Positions 36,931-46,538 of a stretch of DNA of 64,000 nt are shown piece after piece. Position 1 is the stretch's first letter. Every line of letters begins with the position of its first letter. Position numbers and translations under genes: made by a program. Origin of the DNA: a virus (Duplodnaviria; Caudoviricetes); IMG/VR virus record IMGVR_UViG_3300017914_002346. One strand, 5' to 3'. The notes under the pieces were generated by a model. The model made no database searches. It was not told the origin of the DNA and was given only the letters and a program-made list of their open reading frames with translations.

Positions 36931-37667
36931 TTACTATTCTCCATCATGACTTCCCAAGCGTCACCTAGTTCATTTCTTTCAAAAGAAGACCAAGTTAAGT
37001 TATCAAATACTTTCATTCTATCTGGTTCTTCTATCATTGCGTCTGTTTCTAACTGTTCTATATTCTTTGATGCACCTTTAGCTGGACACCAACCTAAAGA
37101 AATTGTTGGTGTACCAAGTCGCATTGCTTCTAATGCTGCAGCAGAACCCCAAGTAATCACACAATAGGCTTCTTTTATTTGCTGCTCTAAAGGTCTTGCT
37201 TTGCGACCTTTTGCAGGTTTACCTCTTACTATTATATCTTTATCTGTATATAAGTTCACATTATGTGCAATATAGTTTAAGAAGTTACGCAACCCGAACG
37301 TGTCCATATAAGGAGGAGATGGAGGAAGGACAAGTATTTTATCTCCTGTCCCTCCTCGCCACGGTAGTAGTTGCGTGCCGTGTTCGAATCTTCTACCTTC
37401 TCTCATAGTAGTTGGAGCGGTAGAATTAAGTAGTACTCTTTTATATTTACCTAAATAGCCATTATCCATACACACCCAAGGTATTTTTCTATCAATAGCT
37501 TGTTTAATTACTTCATCCATTCCTCTAAGTACACCGTGTACTACAACACAAGATGCATCATCTGGTACTATTGTACTAGGAAGTTCTATAAAGCTAGCTT
37601 CTTGATTTTGAACTAACTCTCTAACATTTGTAGCTTTAATATTTTTATCTAAGTACGCGTATATCAT
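36915..37667 (-). CDS. KpsS/capsule-synthesis-like GT-B transferase (paralogue 1)
   Basis: DNGY, IIVRGKP, VITWGSAAALEA..LGTP. Confidence 0.6.
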   Translation of the reverse strand: MIYAYLDKNIKATNVRELVQNQEASFIELPSTIVPDDASCVVVHGVLRGMDEVIKQAIDRKIPWVCMDNGYLGKYKRVLLNSTAPTTMREGRRFEHGTQLLPWRGGTGDKILVLPPSPPYMDTFGLRNFLNYIAHNVNLYTDKDIIVRGKPAKGRKARPLEQQIKEAYCVITWGSAAALEAMRLGTPTISLGWCPAKGASKNIEQLETDAMIEEPDRMKVFDNLTWSSFERNELGDAWEVMMENSKCQII

Positions 37668-38458
37668 GCTCTACGTTCTGGCGAGTAACCCTGATCTTTT
37701 CTTTTACCTTTAAGATGATCTAAATACTTCCCGAGAGGTCCAGTAACAAAAGGATGACGAGATGAGCCATCGCCGATATCAATAGATACATTACCATTGG
37801 CTTCTTTTTCAACATATTTTTCAGCTGCCCACCAAACATAGCTATCATGCCATTCTTCAAGTTGAAATAATGCTCCTTCATCATATAACCATTTCATTAG
37901 TTGAAAGTACCTATCATAGTACTTGTTTTGTGTATCCCATATCATGAAACCACACTCAGGGTATACATTAGGACGACCAATTCTAGTCCATAGTTTACCC
38001 TCTTCTACTAAACTATTAAGAAAGTCTATAGGTATATTTTTAGTTGCAACTACATCAGCATCACACCAAACAATATATCTTGCCTCTGAATTTTGTCTAA
38101 AATGATCAATAGCATAATACTTATGACTAAACCTAGTAGCTTCGAATAAGTATCTAGAACCAGTAGTTACAGGTCCTTCTCTATGTGATCTAGGATCTTC
38201 TCCATTAGGTCCTAATACTTTTTCTTCCCATGGCGCTGCAAGAATAGAAAAGTCATTATACCTTTCACCTATACTGTCTTCAAAACTTCTAAATGAAACG
38301 TTACCGTGTTGAGTTAAAGGTTCATCCATATCTTCATAGTAACAAGTTAAATGTACTTCAGATGGCCAAAACTCAGAAAAGGTTTCAACCATTCTGTCTC
38401 CATACTTATCGTATCCTGCTTTATGAAATGTAGTAACTACATCAAACTTATCTGCCAT
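37664..38458 (-). CDS. Glycosyltransferase
   Basis: RFSHKYYA, WCDADV, ECGF, EWHDS, DHLKGKRK. Confidence 0.8.
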   Translation of the reverse strand: MADKFDVVTTFHKAGYDKYGDRMVETFSEFWPSEVHLTCYYEDMDEPLTQHGNVSFRSFEDSIGERYNDFSILAAPWEEKVLGPNGEDPRSHREGPVTTGSRYLFEATRFSHKYYAIDHFRQNSEARYIVWCDADVVATKNIPIDFLNSLVEEGKLWTRIGRPNVYPECGFMIWDTQNKYYDRYFQLMKWLYDEGALFQLEEWHDSYVWWAAEKYVEKEANGNVSIDIGDGSSRHPFVTGPLGKYLDHLKGKRKDQGYSPERRA

Positions 38459-39215
38459 GTGCTTGTACTCTTTCTTTAGAAAAACCTACGTGCTTTCTTC
38501 CACCTTTCATATGGTCGAAATACTTACCTAATGGACCTGCTACTAAAGGATGTCTAGAGTTAACACCATAACCTAGATCAGCAGTTGTAATTTTACCTTG
38601 CTCTTCTAATGTAAAGGTAGCATAATCAAAAGCATAACAATCATGAGACTCTTTAAACGTAAAAATTTTATCTTCTGTATAGCAGCTATCATAAAGATTA
38701 CACCACTCTTTATGCATTTCATGTTCTGTATCCCAGATCATCATACCAGTCTCAGTAAACTTCTTTCGCTGTCTTCTATCAGGAAAAGAGTTATAGTGAT
38801 TACCTTGTGTAAGATTGTCTAATAATTCAGTAGGTACATCTTGTAAGGTCATTAAGTCTGCATCTAAATAGATGACGTATCTAGTTCTAGGATTACGTAA
38901 CTCTTGTAATTGTGCATAGACTTTTTTACTAAACTTAACAGCCTGTCTTTTGCTAATATCACCACCTACCATATCATCAAAGATATCTTTATCTTTATTA
39001 CGTTCAGCAAAGTCTTTTGAACCTGTAATGTAATCATCAAAGTTTAGAATATGAACTCTACTAGAAGGTTCATATGGTATTTCTTGTTGTCCCTCCAAGT
39101 ATACATATGCATTAATATCAGAAGGCCAATGCTTATCAAAAGAAGGTACGCTATGTTTTCCATAAACGTCCCAATACTTAGTTGGAAAAGTCATAATGAC
39201 TGAATAGTTACTCAT
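38448..39215 (-). CDS. Glycosyltransferase (tandem paralogue of 37664..38458)
   Basis: KFSKKVYA, YLDADL, ETGM, ESHDC, DHMKGGRK. Confidence 0.8.
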   Translation of the reverse strand: MSNYSVIMTFPTKYWDVYGKHSVPSFDKHWPSDINAYVYLEGQQEIPYEPSSRVHILNFDDYITGSKDFAERNKDKDIFDDMVGGDISKRQAVKFSKKVYAQLQELRNPRTRYVIYLDADLMTLQDVPTELLDNLTQGNHYNSFPDRRQRKKFTETGMMIWDTEHEMHKEWCNLYDSCYTEDKIFTFKESHDCYAFDYATFTLEEQGKITTADLGYGVNSRHPLVAGPLGKYFDHMKGGRKHVGFSKERVQAHGR

Positions 39216-39742
39216 GTTAAGTCCTGCATTATATCTATAGTAAGAGACTTAATGTTAATCTCTCTTGGTTGGTTAATCATCCACACGACAGCATTAGCGA
39301 CATCTTCAGGTCTCATTTTAGGTGCATCAATATGTTCTACCATTTTAGTATTCATTCTACCTGGTTTGATAAGAGAAACTTTACATTTACTATTAACTAA
39401 TGCTAATTGTTGACAAGCTTTCTCTAATGCTGCTTTATGTACACAGTAAGGATGTACTTTCATTCTGTCACCATCACTAGCAACAGAACCTACATTTATT
39501 ATATGACAATATCTATCTTTGTTAGCTTCGACTAACTTATATAATATCTCTACTTGCGCAAACCCGTTGTGAGAACAATTTATATACACGTTAAAATCAT
39601 TCTTGATAAACTTGTAAAGACTAAAGTCCATATCATATTCAGGTCTATCTAAACAAGTAACTTCTAAAAGAGGTGTATCTCTTTCTAACTTTTGTTTAAT
39701 AGCAGAACCTAGTCCGCCTCTACTACCAGTTAAGTATATCAT
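39212..39742 (-). CDS. Short-chain dehydrogenase/reductase
   Basis: TGSRGGLG, INVGS, YCVHK, PGRMNT. Confidence 0.85.
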   Translation of the reverse strand: MIYLTGSRGGLGSAIKQKLERDTPLLEVTCLDRPEYDMDFSLYKFIKNDFNVYINCSHNGFAQVEILYKLVEANKDRYCHIINVGSVASDGDRMKVHPYCVHKAALEKACQQLALVNSKCKVSLIKPGRMNTKMVEHIDAPKMRPEDVANAVVWMINQPREINIKSLTIDIMQDLT

Positions 39743-40713
39743 TAATTACTATGCCGCCATATATCTTTTCTTACCATATCTTTAATCATAGCCTCGAAAG
39801 TCCATTCGGGTTCCCAACCTAGTTCTTTTTTAGCCTTATCAGAACTTGCATGTAAAGATACTAAGTCATTAGGTCTAACAAATTCAGGATCAGATACTAC
39901 ATGCTTTTCCCAATTATCTATAGCCGCAGCATCGAAAGCTACTCTACAAAGATCTCTAATTGTCTTTTTAACACCTGTTGCAATAATATAATCTTTAGCT
40001 TCTTCTTGTTGCAACATTAACCATTGAGCTTTAACAAAGTCTTGGGCATGACCCCAATCACGTTCAGCATCTAAGTTGCCTAACTTAATAACATCCTTCT
40101 TTCCATGATAGATTTGTGCTACACCATCAGTTACTTTACGAGTTACAAATTCAATACCTCTTAAAGGTGATTCATGATTGAATAAAACACCTGAACAAGC
40201 AAACATATCATAACTTTCTCTAAAGTTACGAGTAATATGATAACCAAACAGCTTAGCTACACCGTAAGGTGATGCCGGCATGAAAGCTGTTTCTTCTGTT
40301 TGTACACCATTAGTACTATTATTACCAAACATTTCAGACGTACCTGCTTGATAAAACTTAATCTTAGGATTAATACGTTTAATAGCTTCTAAAAAATTAA
40401 GAGGACCTAACGCATCAACTTGAGATGTAGTATGTGCTAATCTCCATGAGCTACCTACATAGCTTTGTGCAGCTAGGTTATAAACCTCTGTAGGTTCAGA
40501 AGCTTCAACAGCATCAAATAGACTACCAATGTCAGTTACATCGGCTGTAAATAGTTTTAAACCTCTTTCTCTTAGATCTAAAAAATCTAAATTAGAGTAG
40601 TTAGGTACGGAATACCTTTTTATAATACCATATACTTCATAACCTTTATCTAGTAAAAGGTCAGCTAAGTAACATGCATCTTGACCTGGAAAGCCAGATA
40701 TTAATGCTCTCAT
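39742..40713 (-). CDS. gmd: GDP-mannose 4,6-dehydratase
   Basis: GFPGQD, YNLAAQS, TSEMFG, SPYGVAK, FNHESPLRG.EFVTRK, RDWGHA. Confidence 0.95.
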   Translation of the reverse strand: MRALISGFPGQDACYLADLLLDKGYEVYGIIKRYSVPNYSNLDFLDLRERGLKLFTADVTDIGSLFDAVEASEPTEVYNLAAQSYVGSSWRLAHTTSQVDALGPLNFLEAIKRINPKIKFYQAGTSEMFGNNSTNGVQTEETAFMPASPYGVAKLFGYHITRNFRESYDMFACSGVLFNHESPLRGIEFVTRKVTDGVAQIYHGKKDVIKLGNLDAERDWGHAQDFVKAQWLMLQQEEAKDYIIATGVKKTIRDLCRVAFDAAAIDNWEKHVVSDPEFVRPNDLVSLHASSDKAKKELGWEPEWTFEAMIKDMVRKDIWRHSN

Positions 40714-41885
40714 ACAACACTCCTAATTAATTTACTAACAGCTTTGATCTTATCAGTTAAATCGACACAATCATTACCAATAAAGAAACCGTTATCGTGA
40801 ATATAGTCGGCGTTAGGACAGTCTGTCTTAATATGATTGAGATGATCAATAACTGGGTTTCTCATAAAGTTACCAGCAACAATAGGTCTACATTCAACAC
40901 CTTGCGCTTGTAATGCATCAATAACTTCTCTTCTTCTACCTTCAAGGTTACCCATACAAGTTAAACCGAAACCGAACCAGCTGCTTTGTCCGATTTCGCT
41001 TTGTAAATGCATATGAGTAGAGTGTAACTCTTCTTGAGCAACAAGAGCGTTCTGTCTTCTCATCTTAAGCATCTCAGGCCATTTCTTCAATTGCTCTTGA
41101 CCTACAGCACCAGACATTTCCAATGGTCTAACTGTATAACCCGGAAGAACAAACTTAAAACTATCTTCAAAAGGGTCACCTGTTTTATCTAATAAACTAT
41201 TTTCATTAGGTAGATCTCTAATCCAACCATGCGCTCTCAGAGGAAGTAAATACTCATATAAGTCATCATCATCTGTAACTACCATACCACCTTCCATAGT
41301 CTGTAGATGATGACTAAAGAAGAAACTAAAGGTACCCATTCTACCAAACGTAGCACATTGTTGACCGTTAAGTTTAGCACCTAGACTCTCACAATTATCT
41401 TCTAGCAATACAAGGTCATGTTGATTACATAAAGCTCTTAAGTCTTCTAAAGGACATGGATTACCTAGAAGGTTAACAGCGAAAACACCCACTGTGTACT
41501 CATCAATATTTTTTTCCACTGTCTGTACATCTAGATTATAAGTAAAAGGATTTACATCAACAAACTTAAGATCAAAATCATTTTGATGCACAGGAAAATA
41601 AGTAGTAGACCAACTAACAGCAGGTACTATAATATTAGGTTTAGCCTTACCTCTTACTTCTGTATTAAACTTAGGATGTAATTTAAGTGCAGATAGCATA
41701 ATAAGATTAGCAGATGAACCACTATTAGTCATAACTGCATGTTTAGTGCCAAAGAAGTCGGCAAACTGTCTTTCATATTCTTTTACTTCAGGTCCCATTG
41801 TGTATCGGCCCGAATCAATAACTCTATGTAACGCAGCTATCTCAGCTGAGTCCCAAGTGTCGCTTGATAAACCATAATTAATCAT
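40710..41885 (-). CDS. PLP enzyme, ColD-type GDP-4-keto-6-deoxymannose 3-dehydratase
   Basis: NSGSSAN, EDNCESLG, FSFFFSHHLQTMEGG (His at the usual Lys position), LRAHGW; adjacent to gmd. Confidence 0.85.
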   Translation of the reverse strand: MINYGLSSDTWDSAEIAALHRVIDSGRYTMGPEVKEYERQFADFFGTKHAVMTNSGSSANLIMLSALKLHPKFNTEVRGKAKPNIIVPAVSWSTTYFPVHQNDFDLKFVDVNPFTYNLDVQTVEKNIDEYTVGVFAVNLLGNPCPLEDLRALCNQHDLVLLEDNCESLGAKLNGQQCATFGRMGTFSFFFSHHLQTMEGGMVVTDDDDLYEYLLPLRAHGWIRDLPNENSLLDKTGDPFEDSFKFVLPGYTVRPLEMSGAVGQEQLKKWPEMLKMRRQNALVAQEELHSTHMHLQSEIGQSSWFGFGLTCMGNLEGRRREVIDALQAQGVECRPIVAGNFMRNPVIDHLNHIKTDCPNADYIHDNGFFIGNDCVDLTDKIKAVSKLIRSVV

Positions 41886-42504
41886 ATACTACCTCTATGC
41901 TATTCTTCACATCTCTATACTGGTTAATTTTTTTAATTAGATCAAAGTCAGGTTTAAACACTTTCATAATCTTCTCGATGGTTTTAACTTTAGGTTTTGC
42001 TTTTCTATTTCTAGAAGCGTTTACCCCTGTACTTTTTAATTTGACTTTAATAAGGTTATGCTCTTCACAAAACATATCTAAATCTTCTTGTAAATTTTCT
42101 ACTCTAAGCAAATTTTCTACAGGCAAATCTTTAACCCATTCAGATTGAGTAAGTACACCAAATCTTTGTACAAGTATATTATAACCTTTCCCTTCAATAA
42201 AGTCATCAAAGGTTTTAAACTTTTTTACAGATAGTTCTATCTTAGATCTTTGCGCATGAAAGCCAGCGAAGTAATAATAACTTTGCAGCCAGTCAATAGG
42301 ATTTCTTATTGTAGCAAAGAAGTAATCAAAATTATCTAAATTATAATCTTCTAAATGAAAATGAACTGTATTTTTAACACCTCTTTTTGGTCTTCCTCTA
42401 GATTTAGGAGGAATGTATAGCCCGTGATCAGATAAGGTGTTACGAATAGTTCTACCAGCAGTCTTAGGAATGTGAATAAAACCAACTCTATTAAAATTAT
42501 TCAA
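41878..42504 (-). CDS. Sulfotransferase family protein
   Basis: FIHIPKTAG (5'-PSB), IRNP.DWL.SYY (3'-PB). Confidence 0.85.
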   Translation of the reverse strand: MNNFNRVGFIHIPKTAGRTIRNTLSDHGLYIPPKSRGRPKRGVKNTVHFHLEDYNLDNFDYFFATIRNPIDWLQSYYYFAGFHAQRSKIELSVKKFKTFDDFIEGKGYNILVQRFGVLTQSEWVKDLPVENLLRVENLQEDLDMFCEEHNLIKVKLKSTGVNASRNRKAKPKVKTIEKIMKVFKPDFDLIKKINQYRDVKNSIEVVYD

Positions 42505-43444
42505 GACCTGCTCTTTGTAAATAATAAATTAACCAGTTAGGATCAGCCATTTCATCGACTGTCCAACTAGTATATGCCCAATCGTTAAGGTATTGTTCTC
42601 TTTCATTCCAGTCTACAGTTTCTAGATAATTCAACTTACTAAAATCATGCATGCAAGCATCATAAACTACACATCTTTCATCTAGCGCAATTGTTGGAAT
42701 GCCTTCTGTTAGAGCTTCACATGCAGCAGATGAGCTATGTGTTACTACTACACCTGCATTCTTAATAGACTCAATTACTGACATTCTATTTTTATCAGCA
42801 CGTTCTATAACTATATCTTCATAACCATCAGCTATCATCTCTGTTGGATTTCTATCTAAGTTAGGATGAGCTCTTAATATAATTTTTCTATCAGTATTAG
42901 ACCTAATTTGTTTAACTATATTTCTAGCCCATGCATAGAAGGGAAGATGCTCATCATACTGCCACCCTCTCTCTGATTGCAACAAGAATAAAATAGGAGC
43001 TTTATTGTCTATCTTAGGTTCTTTTTCTGTAAAACCAAAAGCTTCTTTCATCCATTCATATCTTTGCGAGTCAGAATTCTTATTGAGAAAATCTCCGGTA
43101 CCTACACAATCACCATACCCCACTCTAAACATAAAAGTTTCTGAACTACTCATTGCATTTCTAATGTAAGTAGAGAACAATGCTGAGTCAAGAGAGAAGA
43201 TAGGTATACCTTTGTCTCTATGTCTTTGTATAGAAATAGCTCTTTCTGTATCCATTTTACGTTTAGTAATAGAACCAAACACAAATACAACATCCGGATC
43301 TTCGTGAACTATTTCATGACCTGCTCCTTCAATAGAAGCTTGTATAGCATGAAAAGCTGCTGTAATCGGATTAGAAAGAATGTGGCGTTTGCTAGCCTTT
43401 ATAGTTGAGAAATCGCATTGAATTTTCATAACATATACCTTCAC
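42497..43444 (-). CDS. KpsS/capsule-synthesis-like GT-B transferase (paralogue 2)
   Basis: LLQ, IILRAHP, VVTHSSSAACEALTEGIP. Confidence 0.65.
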   Translation of the reverse strand: MKVYVMKIQCDFSTIKASKRHILSNPITAAFHAIQASIEGAGHEIVHEDPDVVFVFGSITKRKMDTERAISIQRHRDKGIPIFSLDSALFSTYIRNAMSSSETFMFRVGYGDCVGTGDFLNKNSDSQRYEWMKEAFGFTEKEPKIDNKAPILFLLQSERGWQYDEHLPFYAWARNIVKQIRSNTDRKIILRAHPNLDRNPTEMIADGYEDIVIERADKNRMSVIESIKNAGVVVTHSSSAACEALTEGIPTIALDERCVVYDACMHDFSKLNYLETVDWNEREQYLNDWAYTSWTVDEMADPNWLIYYLQRAGLE

Positions 43445-44165
43445 GCATTTCTTTTATAGAGTATTGTTTGTAAGCTAAATTATAAAAGAGATGCTCTCTA
43501 TCGTATTTATAAGGATTTTCTATATCGGAAAGATTCCAATTTGTACACCAGGCAGAAGGAGCATACTGAGAAGTACCAAAAACAGGAACACCATAGGCCA
43601 GCGCATCAACTGCACATAACGATCCGCTAACGACAACAGCATGACAGTTATCAAGATCGGACTCAAGAGAAGTATCAGCAACGCTAGGACCGCTAGTGCC
43701 GCGTTTTCTAGGCTTAAGACGGACTTTAATTGGCCTTTTTGTATATTTTTTAATTTCTGCAGATGTTTTCTTAACCCACTCATCTACGTTACCTCCATGC
43801 ATGTAGAAAGTCATAGTCTCTGAAGAAGGACATAATAGAATATGTTCACCGTCATTTTTCCATGGCTCAATTTTTCTATTCCAGTTTTCAAATCTATCAG
43901 CTGGTACATCAAGCTTTCTATTATCATGTAAAGACTGATAACACCATCTCCAATATGTATTATCCCAATCTACATTATTAGGATCATATCTTCCATTATA
44001 GGGCATATCACAAAAGATAAAATCACCTTGCATGTAAAGCATATTGTTGCCAATTAGGCCCCATAAAACATATCTATCAAAATCGTGAGAGTTAGTTGTT
44101 GCACCAGGCCAACCTTTTTCTAGTGCTGCGTATATTTTTTCCATCTTAGGAGATGGTCTTGGCAT
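43392..44165 (-). CDS. KpsS/capsule-synthesis-like GT-B transferase (paralogue 3)
   Basis: IKVRLKP, VVSGSLCAVDALAYGVP; start reassigned to MPRPSPK. Confidence 0.6.
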   Translation of the reverse strand: MPRPSPKMEKIYAALEKGWPGATTNSHDFDRYVLWGLIGNNMLYMQGDFIFCDMPYNGRYDPNNVDWDNTYWRWCYQSLHDNRKLDVPADRFENWNRKIEPWKNDGEHILLCPSSETMTFYMHGGNVDEWVKKTSAEIKKYTKRPIKVRLKPRKRGTSGPSVADTSLESDLDNCHAVVVSGSLCAVDALAYGVPVFGTSQYAPSAWCTNWNLSDIENPYKYDREHLFYNLAYKQYSIKEMREGICYENSMRFLNYKG

Positions 44166-44181
44166 TATTAGACTTAATCTT

Positions 44182-44379
44182 TCAACCAAATTTTGCTGCA
44201 TAAGCTTCTTCAAAACCTTCTTCGTAGATATATGTTTCTTCGTTATACCAAGTACGTCTTACATAACCATCATAACATTGTTCTGCTATTTCATCAGTTG
44301 TAATATAACCTTTGACAATCCAGAACATTTTATGCATCTCTTTATGACTTACCAGAGATGTTTTTTTAGTCTCTGCCAT
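44182..44379 (-). CDS. Hypothetical protein
   Basis: ORF within operon. Confidence 0.5.
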   Translation of the reverse strand: MAETKKTSLVSHKEMHKMFWIVKGYITTDEIAEQCYDGYVRRTWYNEETYIYEEGFEEAYAAKFG

Positions 44380-45203
44380 GGAATACCTTTAGCAATTTCA
44401 TCAGGCCACCATTCAATATGAACTAATTCTTTTAACCATTGTGTTCTGTCTTCTTGAGGTGGTGCAGTTAAGTCAGCCCAACTTCTCATAGACATAGGAT
44501 AAGCAAATGATTGTGTACCTGTAAACGTGTATACACCATTTATTGTAGCTTCTATAGCTGGATTGGAAGAATGATTAACTAGGCAATAACTTCTATCTAA
44601 GATGTCTTTAAAGTTAAAATTATCTTCTACACCGGTATGCCTGGGAGTGTCGAAGAACACATCCCTATTTTCTCTAGCAATTCTATGAAAGTCTGTAATT
44701 CTGTCTCTAGGATGGGGTCTGATGACGATGTCTTTATCGCTATATTCTCTAATATTTGTAATAGCGTTCTGTACATATGTTTCAACTGTTGGCATTGTAG
44801 ACCATTGATGAGAGTCTGGTCGTTGTGTAGCGATTGTAATAAATTGTCCATCTTCTATCCACGGTTTAAGTTTAATGCCAAACTTATCTACTCTATCTTC
44901 GATAAGATCTTCTTTATTTGCAAAATTGGCACCGTTGTTAATACCACCGATGCCAACACGCCAAGTTTCATTTCTTTTGAGAGCGCCTACTTCAATAACT
45001 ATTATAGGTTTGCCGCGGCTATTGTAATGTTCCCATACTTGTTTGTTGGGCGCCATTCTACCTGCGAATAGTATTGACCAGATGACTGCAACGTCTGCTT
45101 CCATGTCGTTCCATACGACATGTTCGTCACATCCTTCTGCGAAGGCGTCAAAGATTGGAGGAGAGTTAAGAGCTCCGTACTGACTAAAGAGTGATACACG
45201 CAT
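44349..45203 (-). CDS. KpsS/capsule-synthesis-like GT-B transferase (paralogue 4)
   Basis: TQ, IVIRPHP, VNHSSNPAIEATINGV. Confidence 0.65.
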   Translation of the reverse strand: MRVSLFSQYGALNSPPIFDAFAEGCDEHVVWNDMEADVAVIWSILFAGRMAPNKQVWEHYNSRGKPIIVIEVGALKRNETWRVGIGGINNGANFANKEDLIEDRVDKFGIKLKPWIEDGQFITIATQRPDSHQWSTMPTVETYVQNAITNIREYSDKDIVIRPHPRDRITDFHRIARENRDVFFDTPRHTGVEDNFNFKDILDRSYCLVNHSSNPAIEATINGVYTFTGTQSFAYPMSMRSWADLTAPPQEDRTQWLKELVHIEWWPDEIAKGIPWQRLKKHLW

Positions 45204-45217
45204 ACAGTCATTATAGA

Positions 45218-46528
45218 CTACTTAGGATAATTTTTCAGATTAACGATAGTTTTTCTTTGTTTATCTAAAGGATCAGATGCTAATTTAGCTCCACCTTTGC
45301 CATCTGATGCTGGGTCGCCTTTCTTAAGTTGACCTGATCTAGTAAAGTATGTACCTGGAGGTGCTTCTTTAGTCTCTTTTCGTAATGTAGGTCTATTATC
45401 ATCTTGCTTTTGCATTGCTGCGATACGTTCTTTTGATGCACCTGTTTTTACTTTACCACTATCAACAGCTTTTTTAGTAAAAGCGTCTTCATCTACATCA
45501 TCATTTATACTTTTACCTTTATAAAAATCATGTGTCATTCTCTTAACTTTAGGATTAGGAATTTTTAGATTTTTAAGTTTAGGGTCTTGAATAAACTTCT
45601 TCTTAGGAGTTTCTTCTATATCTTCTTTCATTGCATGCTGTTTTTCATGATTGCTCATAATTCTGTCTAATGAGTTTTGACCCAAGTGAGCGTTCTTCTT
45701 ATACACTTCTGCAGCTGCTTTAGCTTTTTCTTTTGAGTCATAATGTGCAGAACTCAAGTAAGAAGTTTTACTACCTTTTTTAAGATGTGCTCTATATGCA
45801 CCTTTCTTAAACTGGCTAGCTTCAGCACCTGCTTTGTATTCCATAAGCTCTTCTTCTGTCATTGAAAAGATATTAGTATCTAAAGTTTCATCAACTTTAT
45901 TTTTTGCCATATTGAGACGCTTAACTGTTTCTCTAAAAGACTTAGTACGGCCATCAATCTTATCTTCCTTGATACCTAGTCTCTTCATATACATAGTCTT
46001 TGTATGCTTAGGCATCCCTTGTAGTAAAAGTTTTACGTTATCTTCTTCACCTGTCTTCATCATATCTTTAAAAGTTTTAAGAACTTTTTGATCGATACCT
46101 TCGGCTACTTTTGAAATAGGAACATGTTTCTTTTCTTCATTAGCTTGTAGCTTTGCAGCAATAGCCATTTGACGTCTCTTAGCTTTTGACTTACCATCGA
46201 ACTGAGGTGCGTCTGACTTATAGAAGTCATCAATTACATCACCCATATCTGCTTTTTTCATATTCATCTTTTCTACTAAGAAAGGATTATCACCTGTAAG
46301 TACAGAAACTTCATCCATGTCTTCACTCCTTAACATATTCCATCTAGCGTGTTGCATATAGTTGTCACCAAACTCTGCTTCTGCATCTTGGTTTGAAATA
46401 GGAACAACTTCATCTACGTTACCATCACCAAACATTCTTTTAGCACGTTTACTAGCTTTTGATCTAGTATAATCGTGTAACAGAACACCTGGTTGGTCGT
46501 TATGCATACGTACGTAAAATAATTTCAT
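45218..46528 (-). CDS. Modular Lys/Glu-rich protein, probable internal head protein
   Basis: Short modules (DFYKSDAPQF.GKSK.KRR.MAIAA; DGRTKSFRE) separated by L/I/M-x-E sites; late-type promoter upstream. Confidence 0.55.
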   Translation of the reverse strand: MKLFYVRMHNDQPGVLLHDYTRSKASKRAKRMFGDGNVDEVVPISNQDAEAEFGDNYMQHARWNMLRSEDMDEVSVLTGDNPFLVEKMNMKKADMGDVIDDFYKSDAPQFDGKSKAKRRQMAIAAKLQANEEKKHVPISKVAEGIDQKVLKTFKDMMKTGEEDNVKLLLQGMPKHTKTMYMKRLGIKEDKIDGRTKSFRETVKRLNMAKNKVDETLDTNIFSMTEEELMEYKAGAEASQFKKGAYRAHLKKGSKTSYLSSAHYDSKEKAKAAAEVYKKNAHLGQNSLDRIMSNHEKQHAMKEDIEETPKKKFIQDPKLKNLKIPNPKVKRMTHDFYKGKSINDDVDEDAFTKKAVDSGKVKTGASKERIAAMQKQDDNRPTLRKETKEAPPGTYFTRSGQLKKGDPASDGKGGAKLASDPLDKQRKTIVNLKNYPK

Positions 46529-46538
46529 ATGTTATTTA

